Source: Candidatus Multivoradales bacterium (GTDB lineage Bacteria; Acidobacteriota; Thermoanaerobaculia; Multivoradales; JAHEKO01). Taken from it: DNA of 64,000 nt. The notes beneath the pieces were generated by a model that worked only from the letters and a program-made list of their open reading frames with translations, was not told the origin of the DNA and searched no databases. The stretch spans positions 225,879 through 289,878 of the forward strand of contig CBDCXM010000002.1 of assembly GCA_965223855.1 (NCBI GenBank), written 5' to 3'. A program made the translations under genes and the position numbers. How positions within the stretch are numbered: position 1 is the first letter of the stretch; each line of letters begins with the position of its first letter. Of the stretch, positions 19,600 through 32,804 are shown piece after piece.

Positions 19600-19940
19600 T
19601 CGTCTCCGTAATCGAAGGTGATCTCCTCGCCGGCTGCGATATCGCGCGCCGCGAAGAGCATGTAGCCGTCGAAGTAGGCGTTGGGGGTCTTGGAGTGGTT
19701 GAGGAACTTGAGTGGTGGATCTCCGTCCCGCGCACTCCAGTGGTCGCCCTCATCGACCCAGAGGACGTGGGTGCCGTCGACGTCCGTCTCCCTCCCGGTG
19801 TACTCGCCGATCCGCGAGTCGGCGGCGATCCCGTTGCGGGCAAAGACCCCCCGGCCGTGCAGCGGAGAGGGGCGAACGTCGACCTCGCCGGGGACTGTCT
19901 CGGCGCCGGCTCGGCTGCGCGCAGAGGGTGATCGGGTCAT
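19587..19940 (-). CDS. SET-domain protein (putative lysine methyltransferase)
   Basis: SPLHGRGVFA, IGEYTG, KFLNHSKTPN, ARDIAAGEEITFDY; TACGAT 6 nt before ATG. Confidence 0.88.
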   Translation of the reverse strand: MTRSPSARSRAGAETVPGEVDVRPSPLHGRGVFARNGIAADSRIGEYTGRETDVDGTHVLWVDEGDHWSARDGDPPLKFLNHSKTPNAYFDGYMLFAARDIAAGEEITFDYGDEWPD

Positions 19941-20006
19941 GAGCCGATCGTATCGGGTCGCCGCGGATCGGGCACGGCTCACCCGGGCGAGCCCCGGGGG
20001 GAGACG

Positions 20007-20035
20007 AAAACGGCCCCGCCGGAGAGGCGGGGCCG
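20007..20035 (-). terminator. Intrinsic terminator after the Hsp20 gene
   Basis: CGGCCCCGCC/GGCGGGGCCG 10-bp stem, TTTT on the minus strand. Confidence 0.7.
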
Positions 20036-20059
20036 GAAGGAAGAACGCTCGTCGGGGCG

Positions 20060-20512
20060 TCAGCCGATCTCGAGACGCCGCGGCTTGGCCTCGGCGGTCT
20101 TGGGAACCGCGATCTCGAGCACGCCGTTGTCGAACCGCGCGGTCGCCTGCGCGGAGTCGACGTTCGACGGCAGGTGGAAGGTGCGGCTGAACGAGCCGTG
20201 TGCGCGCTCGATCCGATGGTAGTGGGTGGACTCCTCGTCGCGCTCGAACTTGCGCTCGCCGCGCAGGCTGAGGCTGTTGTCCTCGAGAGTGATCTCGACG
20301 TCGTCCTTCGTCATGCCCGGCATTTCGACGAGGAAGCGGAGCGCCTCGTCGTCCTCGGAGATGTCGACGGCCGGCGCCCACGCCTCGCCGCCGGCCTGGA
20401 AGGCGGACTGAGCGGGGGCGAGGAAGTCGTTGAAGGCGTCGTCCACCAGGCGGCTCATGCGTGAGCGGATGAGGTCACCGGTGGGATTCCAGCGGATGAG
20501 AGAACGGGTCAT
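20060..20512 (-). CDS. Hsp20/alpha-crystallin small heat-shock protein
   Basis: WAPAVDISE, EMPGM, LRGERK, IERAHGSFSRTF, ARFDNGVLEI; SD AAGGAGG. Confidence 0.95.
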   Translation of the reverse strand: MTRSLIRWNPTGDLIRSRMSRLVDDAFNDFLAPAQSAFQAGGEAWAPAVDISEDDEALRFLVEMPGMTKDDVEITLEDNSLSLRGERKFERDEESTHYHRIERAHGSFSRTFHLPSNVDSAQATARFDNGVLEIAVPKTAEAKPRRLEIG

Positions 20513-20574
20513 GGGTTCCTCCTTGTGTTGAGTGGGTTGTTTCTCGGCATCGCCTCTTCGGCGACGTCTGGAAT

Positions 20575-20603
20575 ATGATGTTATAACGCGCAGATTTTGT
20601 CAA
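20575..20603 (-). promoter_or_regulatory. Sigma70-like promoter for the Hsp20 gene
   Basis: TTGACA-N17-CATCAT on the minus strand in AT-rich intergenic DNA. Confidence 0.5.
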
Positions 20604-20701
20604 GGGGGTTGAACCTGCGTCTTCGAATGTCAGATTCTATCGAGCCTGGTCCTCCTTCTCGACGGCGGCGAATCGAGCAAACTGCTAGAGTGCAAGTCCC
20701 G

Positions 20702-21556
20702 ATGACGGAGTCGAAGGGCTTTCTGGACCGGGAGATCGCGCGGCGCTTCGCCGACCGGATCTCCGAGTCGCTGGCGAGGGAGCCGGTGCATCTGCAGCCG
20801 GGCGCCCATCGCGAGCGCCTCAAGGCGCTGATGGAGAGCCTCGGCGATCTGACGTTCTACGAGCTGCTCGGAGTGCAGCCGGGTGCCGCCGAGGACGAGA
20901 TCCACCGCGCCTACAGCGACCTTGCCCGCGTGGTGCATCCGAGTCACGCCTCGAAGCTGGGCATGACCGGTAGCAAGGCGGCGCTCGAACTCCTGTTCGA
21001 GCGGGCTACGGAGGCCTATCTGACGCTCAACGATCCCGACCGGAGCCGGGTCTACCAGATGGCCACCGGCCACAAACCCGGACAGTCGATCCGTCCCAGC
21101 GCCGAGCAGCGCAGGGAGGAGCAGAAGAACCAGGGCGAGCGCTTCTTCAAGGTCGGCCGGCAGCTCGTTGCGGAGGCGCGCTACTACGACGCCGTGCAGA
21201 CTCTCGAGCAGGCGGTGAAACTCGACCCGAAACCGGAGTACTACGGCCTCCTGGGGGAGTGTCTTTCGCACAATCCCAACTGGCTGACGCGGTCGGTCAA
21301 GGCCTACCAGTCGGCGGTCGAGCTCTCGCCGCACGACGCGGAGCTCAGAGCGGCCTACGGGCTGGTCCTCGAGCGGGCGGGCAATCCCGCCGGTGCGAAG
21401 GAACAGCTCAACTTCGCCCTCTCTCTCGATCCCGACACGCCCGACGCCGAGGCGGCGCTGGAGCGGTTCCGGGCTCAGGAGCGCGAAGCGCAGCGGGCGG
21501 CGAGCCCATGGTTCCGGATCAAGGAGTTCTTCACCCGGCCTTTGAGCAAGTCCTGA
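20702..21556 (+). CDS. J-domain-like (HPS instead of HPD) plus TPR protein; start 20627 or 20702
   Basis: FYELLGV..EIHRAYSDLARVVHPS..FERATEAYLTL; TPR repeats AVQTLEQAVKLDP. Confidence 0.8.
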   Translation: MTESKGFLDREIARRFADRISESLAREPVHLQPGAHRERLKALMESLGDLTFYELLGVQPGAAEDEIHRAYSDLARVVHPSHASKLGMTGSKAALELLFERATEAYLTLNDPDRSRVYQMATGHKPGQSIRPSAEQRREEQKNQGERFFKVGRQLVAEARYYDAVQTLEQAVKLDPKPEYYGLLGECLSHNPNWLTRSVKAYQSAVELSPHDAELRAAYGLVLERAGNPAGAKEQLNFALSLDPDTPDAEAALERFRAQEREAQRAASPWFRIKEFFTRPLSKS

Positions 21557-21583
21557 TCCGCCGGGGTTGGTACAATCCGTCGG

Positions 21584-21983
<400 letters not shown>

Positions 21984-21985
21984 GT

Positions 21986-22939
21986 TTGACTCTCTCTCCG
22001 TCTCTTCCGCCTCCGCTGGTGCCCGGCAGCAAGGTCGGAATCGCGGCGCTGTCCGGCGCCGTGGAGCCGGGGAGACTCGATCGCGGTCTCGAGCGGCTGC
22101 GGTCGCTCGGCTACCGCCCGATTCCGGCGACGAATCTAGGGCTGATCGACGGTCTGTTCGCGGGCAGCGAGGAGGAGAGGCTCGACGGCTTCTTCCGCCT
22201 CGTCGATGACGAAGACATCTCCGCCATCCTGTTCGCGCGGGGTGGCCACGGCCTGCTCCCCCTGTTGCCCCGCATCGACTGGGAGCGGCTCGGCCGGCGC
22301 GCCCGCTGGTACATCGGCTATTCGGACGTCACTCCGTTGCTCAACGAGGTCGTGCGGCGCCTCGGATGGGTCACGCTTCACGGTCCCATGGCGGCGGTGG
22401 AGTTCGCCGACGACGGCCCGTTCGACGAGGAGTGGTCCTCCCTGGGTGGGATCCTCGAGCGGGGTGAGGCGCCGGTGCTGGCAGCGGAAGGGATGGAGGG
22501 CTCCTGGTCCGAGGTCGAGGCGCCGCTCTCCGGCGGCTGTCTCAGCCTGCTGGCGGCGACCCAGGGGACCGAATGGGCGTTCCGCGCGGCCGGGACCGTG
22601 TTGTTCCTCGAGGATGTCGACGAGCCGCTCTACCGCATTGATCGCATGTTGCAGCAACTCCGTCTCGCCGGCGCGCTCGAGGGTGTCGCCGGGGTACTCG
22701 TCGGCGACCTGAAGGCCGCCGACCTGGAGAGTGCCGGCCGGGAGGGCTCAGACCTGCCCGAGTCGCCTAGGACCACGGTGCTCGACCGTCTGCGGGAAGC
22801 GCTCGGTCCCGGGGTGCCGATCGCCTGGGGGTGTTCCAGCGGCCATTGCAGGCCCAATCTGACGGTTCCGCTCGGTGCGACCGTTCGGGCGGCAGCCGGA
22901 GGGTCGACCCTCGAACTGGCGCTGCCGGATCTGGCATGA
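21986..22939 (+). CDS. ldcA: LD-carboxypeptidase (peptidase S66)
   Basis: ARGGHG, GYSDVT, HGPM, GGCLSLL, LFLEDVDEPLYRIDRML, GH. Confidence 0.88.
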   Translation: MTLSPSLPPPLVPGSKVGIAALSGAVEPGRLDRGLERLRSLGYRPIPATNLGLIDGLFAGSEEERLDGFFRLVDDEDISAILFARGGHGLLPLLPRIDWERLGRRARWYIGYSDVTPLLNEVVRRLGWVTLHGPMAAVEFADDGPFDEEWSSLGGILERGEAPVLAAEGMEGSWSEVEAPLSGGCLSLLAATQGTEWAFRAAGTVLFLEDVDEPLYRIDRMLQQLRLAGALEGVAGVLVGDLKAADLESAGREGSDLPESPRTTVLDRLREALGPGVPIAWGCSSGHCRPNLTVPLGATVRAAAGGSTLELALPDLA

Positions 22940-23020
22940 TCCGTGCTCCCCAACTGCGGAGACGAGCGAGGCCGGCCGGGTGATTGGTGGCCATTTCGGC
23001 CTGCTAGGGTCAGCGACGGA

Positions 23021-23797
23021 ATGAGCGAGGGACACAAGAGAGCGAGCTCGGCGTCCGAAGACGCGGTCAGGCGCTACGCGAGGGGCGAGGTCGTCTTCAG
23101 CGAGGGAGACCTCGGTACCGAGATGTACGTCATCCACGAGGGCCAGGTCGAGATCCTGCGCACGGTGGCCGACGAGCGGCGCCAGATGGCCGTTCTCGAG
23201 AAGGGTGACTTCTTCGGCGAGATGTCGCTGCTCGAGGAGCTGCCTCGCTCGGCAACGGCGCGTGCACTGGTCGACACGACCCTGATCGAGATCAACGGTG
23301 CGCTCTTCGATCGCATGCTGCGGCGCAACCCGGAGATCGGCGTCAGGATCATGCGCAAGCTGTCGAAGCGGGTACGGGAAGCCGACGAGTACTTCGGCCA
23401 GGTCGACTTCGAGGCGGCCGATCCGCTGCAGGTGACGACGAGTGTCGGCTCGGATGCCTTTTTCTGTCGCCTCCGCCACGCCACGTCCGGCGTCGAGTAC
23501 CAGCTCAACCTCGCCAATCCGGCGACCGTGGGTCGCATCGATCCCGTGACCGGCATTCAACCCGACCTCGATCTCAGTGCCCTCGATACCGAGCGATCGA
23601 GCAGCCGGCGCCACGCGAAGCTGCTGCTCGACGAGGGTGAGGTCTACGTCACCGAGGAGATCGGCACGCTGAACGGAACCTTCGTCAACGGCCGCCGGCT
23701 GCGGACCGCCGTGCCTGAAGAGGTGGTGGACGGTGACAAGGTCCGCTTCGGTCTCGTCGAGTTCGTCTTCGCGCTCGGTGCTCGAGAGGCCGACTGA
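23021..23797 (+). CDS. Cyclic-nucleotide-binding domain plus FHA domain protein
   Basis: GEVVFSEGD..GDFFGEMSLL..PRSATA; VGR..SRRHA..GTLNGTFVNG..DGDKVRFG. Confidence 0.88.
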   Translation: MSEGHKRASSASEDAVRRYARGEVVFSEGDLGTEMYVIHEGQVEILRTVADERRQMAVLEKGDFFGEMSLLEELPRSATARALVDTTLIEINGALFDRMLRRNPEIGVRIMRKLSKRVREADEYFGQVDFEAADPLQVTTSVGSDAFFCRLRHATSGVEYQLNLANPATVGRIDPVTGIQPDLDLSALDTERSSSRRHAKLLLDEGEVYVTEEIGTLNGTFVNGRRLRTAVPEEVVDGDKVRFGLVEFVFALGAREAD

Positions 23798-23856
23798 GTC
23801 GCCGCACGCTGTCGAGAGCCCCGGGCCGGAACCCGCCGACTCCCGGGGTCGTCCCC

Positions 23857-25925
<2,069 letters not shown>

Positions 25926-25929
<4 letters not shown>

Positions 25930-27119
25930 GCGGCTCGAGGAACGGCGGGCTGCGGGTGCTCCTCGTGGCCAACACCCTGCCCCCGGACGACCTTTCGGGG
26001 GTGGGGGAGCAGGTGATGCAGCTCGCCCGCGGGCTCCGGGAGGCGGGGCACGAGGTCGAGATCCTCGGGCGGGGGCCTCGGGGAGCGCGCGGCTCGAAGC
26101 TGCTCTTCCCGTTCACGTTGCTGCCCGCTTTCCTGCGGGCCCGCCGACGCTTCCGTCCGCACGTCGTCCAGGTGCACGAATCCGACGGCGCCGCGGCAGC
26201 CTTTGCGACCTCCGCCTTCCGGCAACTTTGGCAGCCGATCCCGGTACTGATCGCGTTGCTGCAAGTGAGCTACGTCGAGGAGATGCGTGCCGTGCGGCCG
26301 CTGAGGGATGGCAAGCGGGTGCTGGGACGCCCGGGCGGCGTGGAGCGCCGCTTCCTCTGGACCAAGGCGCCTCTGCAGGTCCTCCTCGGATGGCTCACCG
26401 GCTGGTGCGCCGATTGCGTGCTGACGCCGAGTGTCCGGACCGGCGAGGAGATCCGTCGCGACTACGGTGTGACGGCGACTTCGGTCCTGCCGAACGTCAA
26501 GGCCCGGATCGGCGAGAGATCCCCGCGCGACGAGGACGACGGCACCTTCCTGTTCGTCGGCAGGCTGCGGATCCGCAAGGGTGTCGAAGTGCTGTTCGAT
26601 GCCCTGAGGCGACTGCGGAGAGGCGATTCGAACCCGCGACTCACGATCGTCGGCGACGGTGAGCATCGCGCTGCGCTCGAGGCGACTGCGAGGTCGATGG
26701 GGGTGGAGAGATGCGTCGACTTCCATGGGAGGGCGGATGCCGACGAAGTCCGCGCCATGATGCGCGGAGCCCGCGCCCTGGTCGTGCCGTCGACCTACGA
26801 GGGGATGCCGCTCGTGGTTCTCGAGGCGATGGAAGAGGGACTGCCGGTGATCGCCAGTGCGGTCAGTGGTATCCCGGAAGTGGTCTCGGATAGAGTCACC
26901 GGCTGGCTGGTGCCGCCGGAGGACCCGACGGCGCTCGCGACGGCTCTGGAAGAGGCGTGGAGGGACGGAGCCGAGGCGCGGCGGCGCGGTGCGGCCGGAC
27001 GCCGCCGCCTCGACGAGTGCTACCGTCCGCGTCACGCCGTCGAGGCCTGGCAACGACGAATCGAAGCGTTGCCGGCGAGCCACCGACCAGCCGAGACCGA
27101 AGGAGACAGTGACCGATGA
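25926..27119 (+). CDS. Glycosyltransferase family 4
   Basis: FVGRL..KG, VGDG, PSTYEGMPLVVLEAM, GIPEVV. Confidence 0.9.
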
Positions 27120-27619
27120 TGGGCCGTTCGTTGTTGATCGTGGGCGCGCTGGCGACCGTCGGGTTGCTGGTGACGGCGGTGCTCGGCTACCAGTTGGCGG
27201 AGCCGTTCGACATCGGCAGCGTGTCGAATCACCTGATCGCGGCGGTGATCACCTCACTGCTGCTGCTGTTCTCGCACTGTTGGATCCTCTTCTACCTGAT
27301 CGGGACGGGGAAGGCGTTGAAGGACGCGGTGGCGGAGCACGGCCTCGAGTCGGAGATCGTCGAGCGGACGAAGGACTTCAAGCGCCGCTCGAGCGGACTG
27401 CTCACGCTGGCGATGCTGCTGGCGATGGCGACCTTCGTCGTCGGGGGCGGCGTCGCGACGGCGGCGATCGAGTCGTGGGTCCATCACACGCTCTTCCTTC
27501 TTGCCGCGGCCGTGCAGGTCTGGGCGTTGTGGGTCGAGGCTCAGGTGCTGACCGAGAACGAGCGATTGCTGCGCAGCGTCGACTCGCGCCTCAAGCGCCG
27601 CGCCGGCGAGGAGGGTTGA
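27116..27619 (+). CDS. Hypothetical 4-TM membrane protein with His residues in helices
   Basis: Four hydrophobic segments; coupled to the upstream GT4 gene. Confidence 0.7.
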   Translation: MMGRSLLIVGALATVGLLVTAVLGYQLAEPFDIGSVSNHLIAAVITSLLLLFSHCWILFYLIGTGKALKDAVAEHGLESEIVERTKDFKRRSSGLLTLAMLLAMATFVVGGGVATAAIESWVHHTLFLLAAAVQVWALWVEAQVLTENERLLRSVDSRLKRRAGEEG

Positions 27620-27623
27620 CGTC

Positions 27624-28643
27624 ATGGGGGAGCGCAGGACGGTCGTCTCCGGGATGCGGGCCACCGGCCCGATGCATCTCGGCAACTACTTCGGCGCAGT
27701 CAGGAACTGGGTCGAGCTTCAGGACAGCTACGACTGCCACTACTTCGTCGCCGACTGGCACGCGCTGACGACCGACTATGCCGATCCGTCGGAGGTGACC
27801 GCCAACTCGCTCGAGGTGATCGCCGACGGCATCGCCGCCGGGCTCGACCCGGAGCGCTCCGTCCTCTTCCTCCAGTCGGCCGTTCCGGCGCACGCCGAGC
27901 TCCATCTGCTGTTCTCGATGATGACTCCGCTGGGATGGTTGGAGCGTGTTCCGACCTACAAGGACCAGATCCGGCAGCTCGAGAAGAAGGATCTGACCAC
28001 GCACGGGTTCCTCGGCTATCCGGTGCTCCAGGCGGCGGACATCCTGATCTATCGCGGAGAGTACGTGCCGGTCGGCGAGGACCAGGCGAGCCATCTCGAG
28101 CTGACCCGGGAGATCGCCCGCCGGTTCAACCACTTCTACGGCGACACCCTGCCGGAGCCGAAGGCGCTCTTCACTCCCACCGCCAAGGTGCCCGGCATCG
28201 ACGGCCGCAAGATGTCGAAGTCGTACGGCAACGGGATCTATCTCGGCGACTCGCCCGACGAGATCCGGAGGAAGTGCAAGAGCATGTTCACCGACCCGAC
28301 GCGGTTGCGCCGGGACGACCCGGGCCATCCCGAGACCTGCAACCTCTACCAGTTCCACGAGCTGCTGTCGCCGCCGGAGGTTCAGGAGCGGGTCGCTCGC
28401 GAGTGCCGGCTGGCGCAGATCGGCTGCGTCGACGACAAGGGGCTGATCGCCGACCAGATCATCGCCTTCCTCGAGCCGTTCCGGACGAAGCGCGAGGAGC
28501 TGATCGCCGACAAGGGAGAGTTGCTGCGGATCCTCGAGGAGGGCTCCGCCCGCGCGGCAGAGATCGCCGGCGAGACGATGGACGCCGTTCGCGGCGCCAT
28601 GAAGCTCGACTACCGTGCTCTCGCCGGGGGTGGCTCCGCTTGA
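27624..28643 (+). CDS. trpS: Tryptophan--tRNA ligase
   Basis: SGMRATG..HLGNY, GYPVLQAADIL, VPVGEDQ, KMSKS. Confidence 0.97.
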   Translation: MGERRTVVSGMRATGPMHLGNYFGAVRNWVELQDSYDCHYFVADWHALTTDYADPSEVTANSLEVIADGIAAGLDPERSVLFLQSAVPAHAELHLLFSMMTPLGWLERVPTYKDQIRQLEKKDLTTHGFLGYPVLQAADILIYRGEYVPVGEDQASHLELTREIARRFNHFYGDTLPEPKALFTPTAKVPGIDGRKMSKSYGNGIYLGDSPDEIRRKCKSMFTDPTRLRRDDPGHPETCNLYQFHELLSPPEVQERVARECRLAQIGCVDDKGLIADQIIAFLEPFRTKREELIADKGELLRILEEGSARAAEIAGETMDAVRGAMKLDYRALAGGGSA

Positions 28644-29431
28644 CCGCCGCCGCTCCCGTCAACGCCGGCCTGCCGGCGGAGTGGCACGTCGCCCTGCCGG
28701 AGTTCGAGGGGCCGCTCGATCTGCTGCTCCATCTGGTGAGGGTCAACGAGGTCGAGCTCGTCGACATCCCGGTGGCGACGATCTGCGATCAGTTTCACGC
28801 GACGCTGGCGCTGATGGAGCAGCTCAACCTCGACATCGCGGCGGAGTACATCTACGAGGCCGCTCAGCTCATCTTCCTCAAGAGCCGGATGCTGCTGCCG
28901 CGACGCAAGGACGAATCCGGGGAGGACGTGGAGGGAGACCCGCGCGAGGAGCTGGTCCAGCGGCTCGTCGAGTACCAGAGGATCAAGGAGGCGGCGCAGT
29001 CGCTCGCCGAGATCCACAATCTCAGGAGGGGCGTGTGGACGCGCCGTCCGCAGCCGATCGACACCGGAGCCGAGGAGGGGGTCGATCTCGGCGAGGTCTC
29101 TCTCTACGACCTGCTGACCGCCTTCAAGACCGTGCTCGTGCGCTACGACCACGAGCACCCCGACCCGATGCTGCTGCACGCCGAGACCTTCTCGGTACGG
29201 GATCAGTTCGAGCGTCTCCTCCATCGCCTCGATCCGAAGAAGCCGCTCGACCTCGTGGCCGATCTCAAGGGGCGCGGCAGCAGGGGAGAGGTGGTCGCCG
29301 CCTTCCTCGCGGTGCTCGAGATGGTCCGACTCGCCGTCGTGAGGCTGCACCAGACCGACGGTGGGGACCTGCTCCTCTACCGCACGACCCGTGAGCTGGC
29401 GGGGCACGAGCTCGAGGCGATCCAGGGATGA
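28640..29431 (+). CDS. scpA: Segregation/condensation protein A
   Basis: FEGPLDLLLHL, KSRMLLP, DPREELV, FLAVLE. Confidence 0.93.
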   Translation: MTAAAPVNAGLPAEWHVALPEFEGPLDLLLHLVRVNEVELVDIPVATICDQFHATLALMEQLNLDIAAEYIYEAAQLIFLKSRMLLPRRKDESGEDVEGDPREELVQRLVEYQRIKEAAQSLAEIHNLRRGVWTRRPQPIDTGAEEGVDLGEVSLYDLLTAFKTVLVRYDHEHPDPMLLHAETFSVRDQFERLLHRLDPKKPLDLVADLKGRGSRGEVVAAFLAVLEMVRLAVVRLHQTDGGDLLLYRTTRELAGHELEAIQG

Positions 29432-30027
29432 CCGAGCGCTCCGAGATCGAAGCGGCCGTCGAGGCGGTGCTGTTCGTCGCCAACGAGCCGATCGCCCGCG
29501 ACAAGCTGCTCGAGATCTTCGGCCAGCGCGATCGCGCGGCGGTCGAGGAGGCGATCGACACCGTCCTCGCGCGCTACGACGGTGGCGAAGGGAGAGGGGT
29601 CGTGGCGGAGACGGTGGCCGGCGGCGTGCGGCTGGCGACCCGGCCCGAGTTGGGCGGCTACCTGCGCAAGATGTTCGAGGTCACCGGTCGCAACAAGCTC
29701 TCGATGGCGGCGCTCGAGACGCTGGCGATCGTCGCCTACCGGCAGCCGATCACGGCGCCGGAGGTACAGGAGCTGCGCGGTGTCAACTCGAAGGGAGTTC
29801 TGTCGACGCTTCTCGAGCATCGACTGGTGAGACTCGCCGGGCGCCGGAAGATCGTCGGCAACCCGTTCCTCTACCGCACGACCAGGGAGTTCCTCGCTCA
29901 TTTCGGTCTGGAGAGCCTGAAGGACCTGCCGCCTCTCGAGGAGTTCGAAGAGCTTCTCGGTGTCGATCTCGGCGGGGCGAACCTGCCGCTGCCGCTCGCC
30001 GGGGAGAGCGACGGGGAGGAGGAATGA
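29428..30027 (+). CDS. scpB: Segregation/condensation protein B
   Basis: LSMAALETLAIVAYRQPIT..RGV..YRTT..FGL..LP. Confidence 0.95.
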   Translation: MTERSEIEAAVEAVLFVANEPIARDKLLEIFGQRDRAAVEEAIDTVLARYDGGEGRGVVAETVAGGVRLATRPELGGYLRKMFEVTGRNKLSMAALETLAIVAYRQPITAPEVQELRGVNSKGVLSTLLEHRLVRLAGRRKIVGNPFLYRTTREFLAHFGLESLKDLPPLEEFEELLGVDLGGANLPLPLAGESDGEEE

Positions 30028-30785
30028 GTACCGAGCGGCTGCAGAAGCTACTCGCGCGGGCGGGGTTCGGCTCGCGGCGGGCGAGCGAGGAGATCATCAG
30101 CGCCGGCCGCGTCACGGTGAACGGCAAGGTGGCCGAACTCGGAACCAAGGCGGACCCGGCCAAAGATGCGATCAAGGTCGACGGCAAGCGTCTGGTGCTG
30201 CCGACCTCGCACCGATATCTGGTGCTCAACAAGCCCAAGGGGTACATCACCTCGAAGAGCGATCCCGAAGGGCGCCCGACGGTGATGGAGCTGGTGCCGC
30301 TGCCGTGGCGCAAGACCCTGGTTCCGGTGGGCCGCCTGGACTTCAACACCGAGGGGTTGCTGCTGCTCACGAGCGACGGTGCGTTCGCCCAGCGTGTCGC
30401 GCATCCGTCGCACGGCTGCCGGAAGCGCTACGCGGTCAAGGTCAAGGGCGAACCGAGCGAGGAAGCGATCGGCCAGCTTCGAGCTGGGATGGTCATCGAC
30501 GGCCGCAAGACCCGGCCCGCCGGCGTACGGCGGTTGCCGACCGGCCGGCGCAAAGAGGCGAACTCGTGGTGGAGTGTCGAGATCGGGGAGGGGCGGACCC
30601 GCCAGATCCGCGAGATGTTCTTCCGCGTCGGGCATCCGGTGCAGAAGCTAAAGCGTTACGCGATCGGCTCTCTCGAGGACGGTCGCCTCAGGCCCGGAGA
30701 ATGGAGGGAGCTGCATCAGGGCGAGATCGATGCGCTGATGTCGGGCTCGTCGAGGAAGCGGCGCCGAGCGAGGAAGCCGCGGTGA
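30024..30785 (+). CDS. rluB: rRNA pseudouridine synthase (RluB/RsuA family)
   Basis: ERLQKLLA..SRR, NKPKGY, VGRLDFNTEGLLLLT, EGRTRQIR. Confidence 0.9.
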   Translation: MSTERLQKLLARAGFGSRRASEEIISAGRVTVNGKVAELGTKADPAKDAIKVDGKRLVLPTSHRYLVLNKPKGYITSKSDPEGRPTVMELVPLPWRKTLVPVGRLDFNTEGLLLLTSDGAFAQRVAHPSHGCRKRYAVKVKGEPSEEAIGQLRAGMVIDGRKTRPAGVRRLPTGRRKEANSWWSVEIGEGRTRQIREMFFRVGHPVQKLKRYAIGSLEDGRLRPGEWRELHQGEIDALMSGSSRKRRRARKPR

Positions 30786-31459
30786 GTGCCGCGCCCCTGA
30801 TCGTCGCCATCGACGGGCCGTCCGGCGTCGGCAAGTCGACGGCCGCGAGGCTGCTGGCGCGGCGCCTCGAGGTGCCCTATCTGGAAACCGGAGCGATGTA
30901 TCGCGCTCTGGGCTATCGGTGCCTGGAGCAAGGGGTCGATCCTGACGACGGCGACGCCGTCGAAGGACTGCTGAGCGACCTGGATCTGGATGTCGACTTC
31001 ACCGACGACGGCGAGATCGTCGTTCTCCTGGGGGGCCGGGACGTTCGTCCGCTGATTCGCGGCGCCCGGGTCTCGAACGCCACGTCACGAGCTTCGGTCC
31101 ACGCGGCGGTCCGGACCTTCATGGTCGATCTTCAGCGGCGCTGGGCGGCGCGACGCGGGGCGGTGGTGGAGGGTCGTGACATCGGCAGCCGGGTGTTCCC
31201 CGACACGCCGCACAAGTTCTTCTTCGAGGCGGCGGCCGACGTCCGTGCCGCCCGGCGCTATGAACAGATGCGGCAGTCAGGCGATGCGTCGTCGACCTTG
31301 TCGGAAGTCCTCGCCGCGGTCGAGGAGCGGGACGCGCGGGACGCCGGGCGGAGCGAGTCGCCGCTGCGCAAGGACGACAGCTACCACGTCATCGACACCG
31401 GCCAGGCCGGCCCCGATGAGGTGGTGGCCCGGATGATCGACCTGATCGAAGCTGGCTAG
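30782..31459 (+). CDS. cmk: Cytidylate kinase
   Basis: AIDGPSGVGKST, TGAMYR, EGRDIG. Confidence 0.95.
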   Translation: MSAAPLIVAIDGPSGVGKSTAARLLARRLEVPYLETGAMYRALGYRCLEQGVDPDDGDAVEGLLSDLDLDVDFTDDGEIVVLLGGRDVRPLIRGARVSNATSRASVHAAVRTFMVDLQRRWAARRGAVVEGRDIGSRVFPDTPHKFFFEAAADVRAARRYEQMRQSGDASSTLSEVLAAVEERDARDAGRSESPLRKDDSYHVIDTGQAGPDEVVARMIDLIEAG

Positions 31460-31501
31460 CCGAACTTCTCGCGACGCTTCAGCGATGCACTGCTTCGGAG
31501 G

Positions 31502-32611
<1,110 letters not shown>

Positions 32612-32804
32612 CGCTGGAACCTCCAGTCGGAACAGGCTGCTCGAGCTGCGGCCTGTGTCGGGTGGTTGGAAGAGGAGCCGGTCTCGCTCCGACGTCCGGG
32701 AGGGGCAAAGGGCCGTTGCCGGCTCGCTTCGGTGCGCTAGATTGTAGACGAGCCCCGGTAGCCCATCAAACCGGCCTCGAGCCGGCCGGGGGAGTGGTGT
32801 CGGG

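Noticed and set aside
20528-20547. HspR HAIR-like operator upstream of hsp20
   Set aside because: Only the TTGAGT half-site matches; the second half and spacing do not fit CTTGAGT-N7-ACTCAAG
22937-23020. In-frame TGA between the LD-carboxypeptidase and cNMP-FHA ORFs as a second read-through
   Set aside because: The peptidase ends at its natural C-terminus, no Cys-type motif surrounds the UGA, and the next gene has its own ATG with a -10-like TAGGGT
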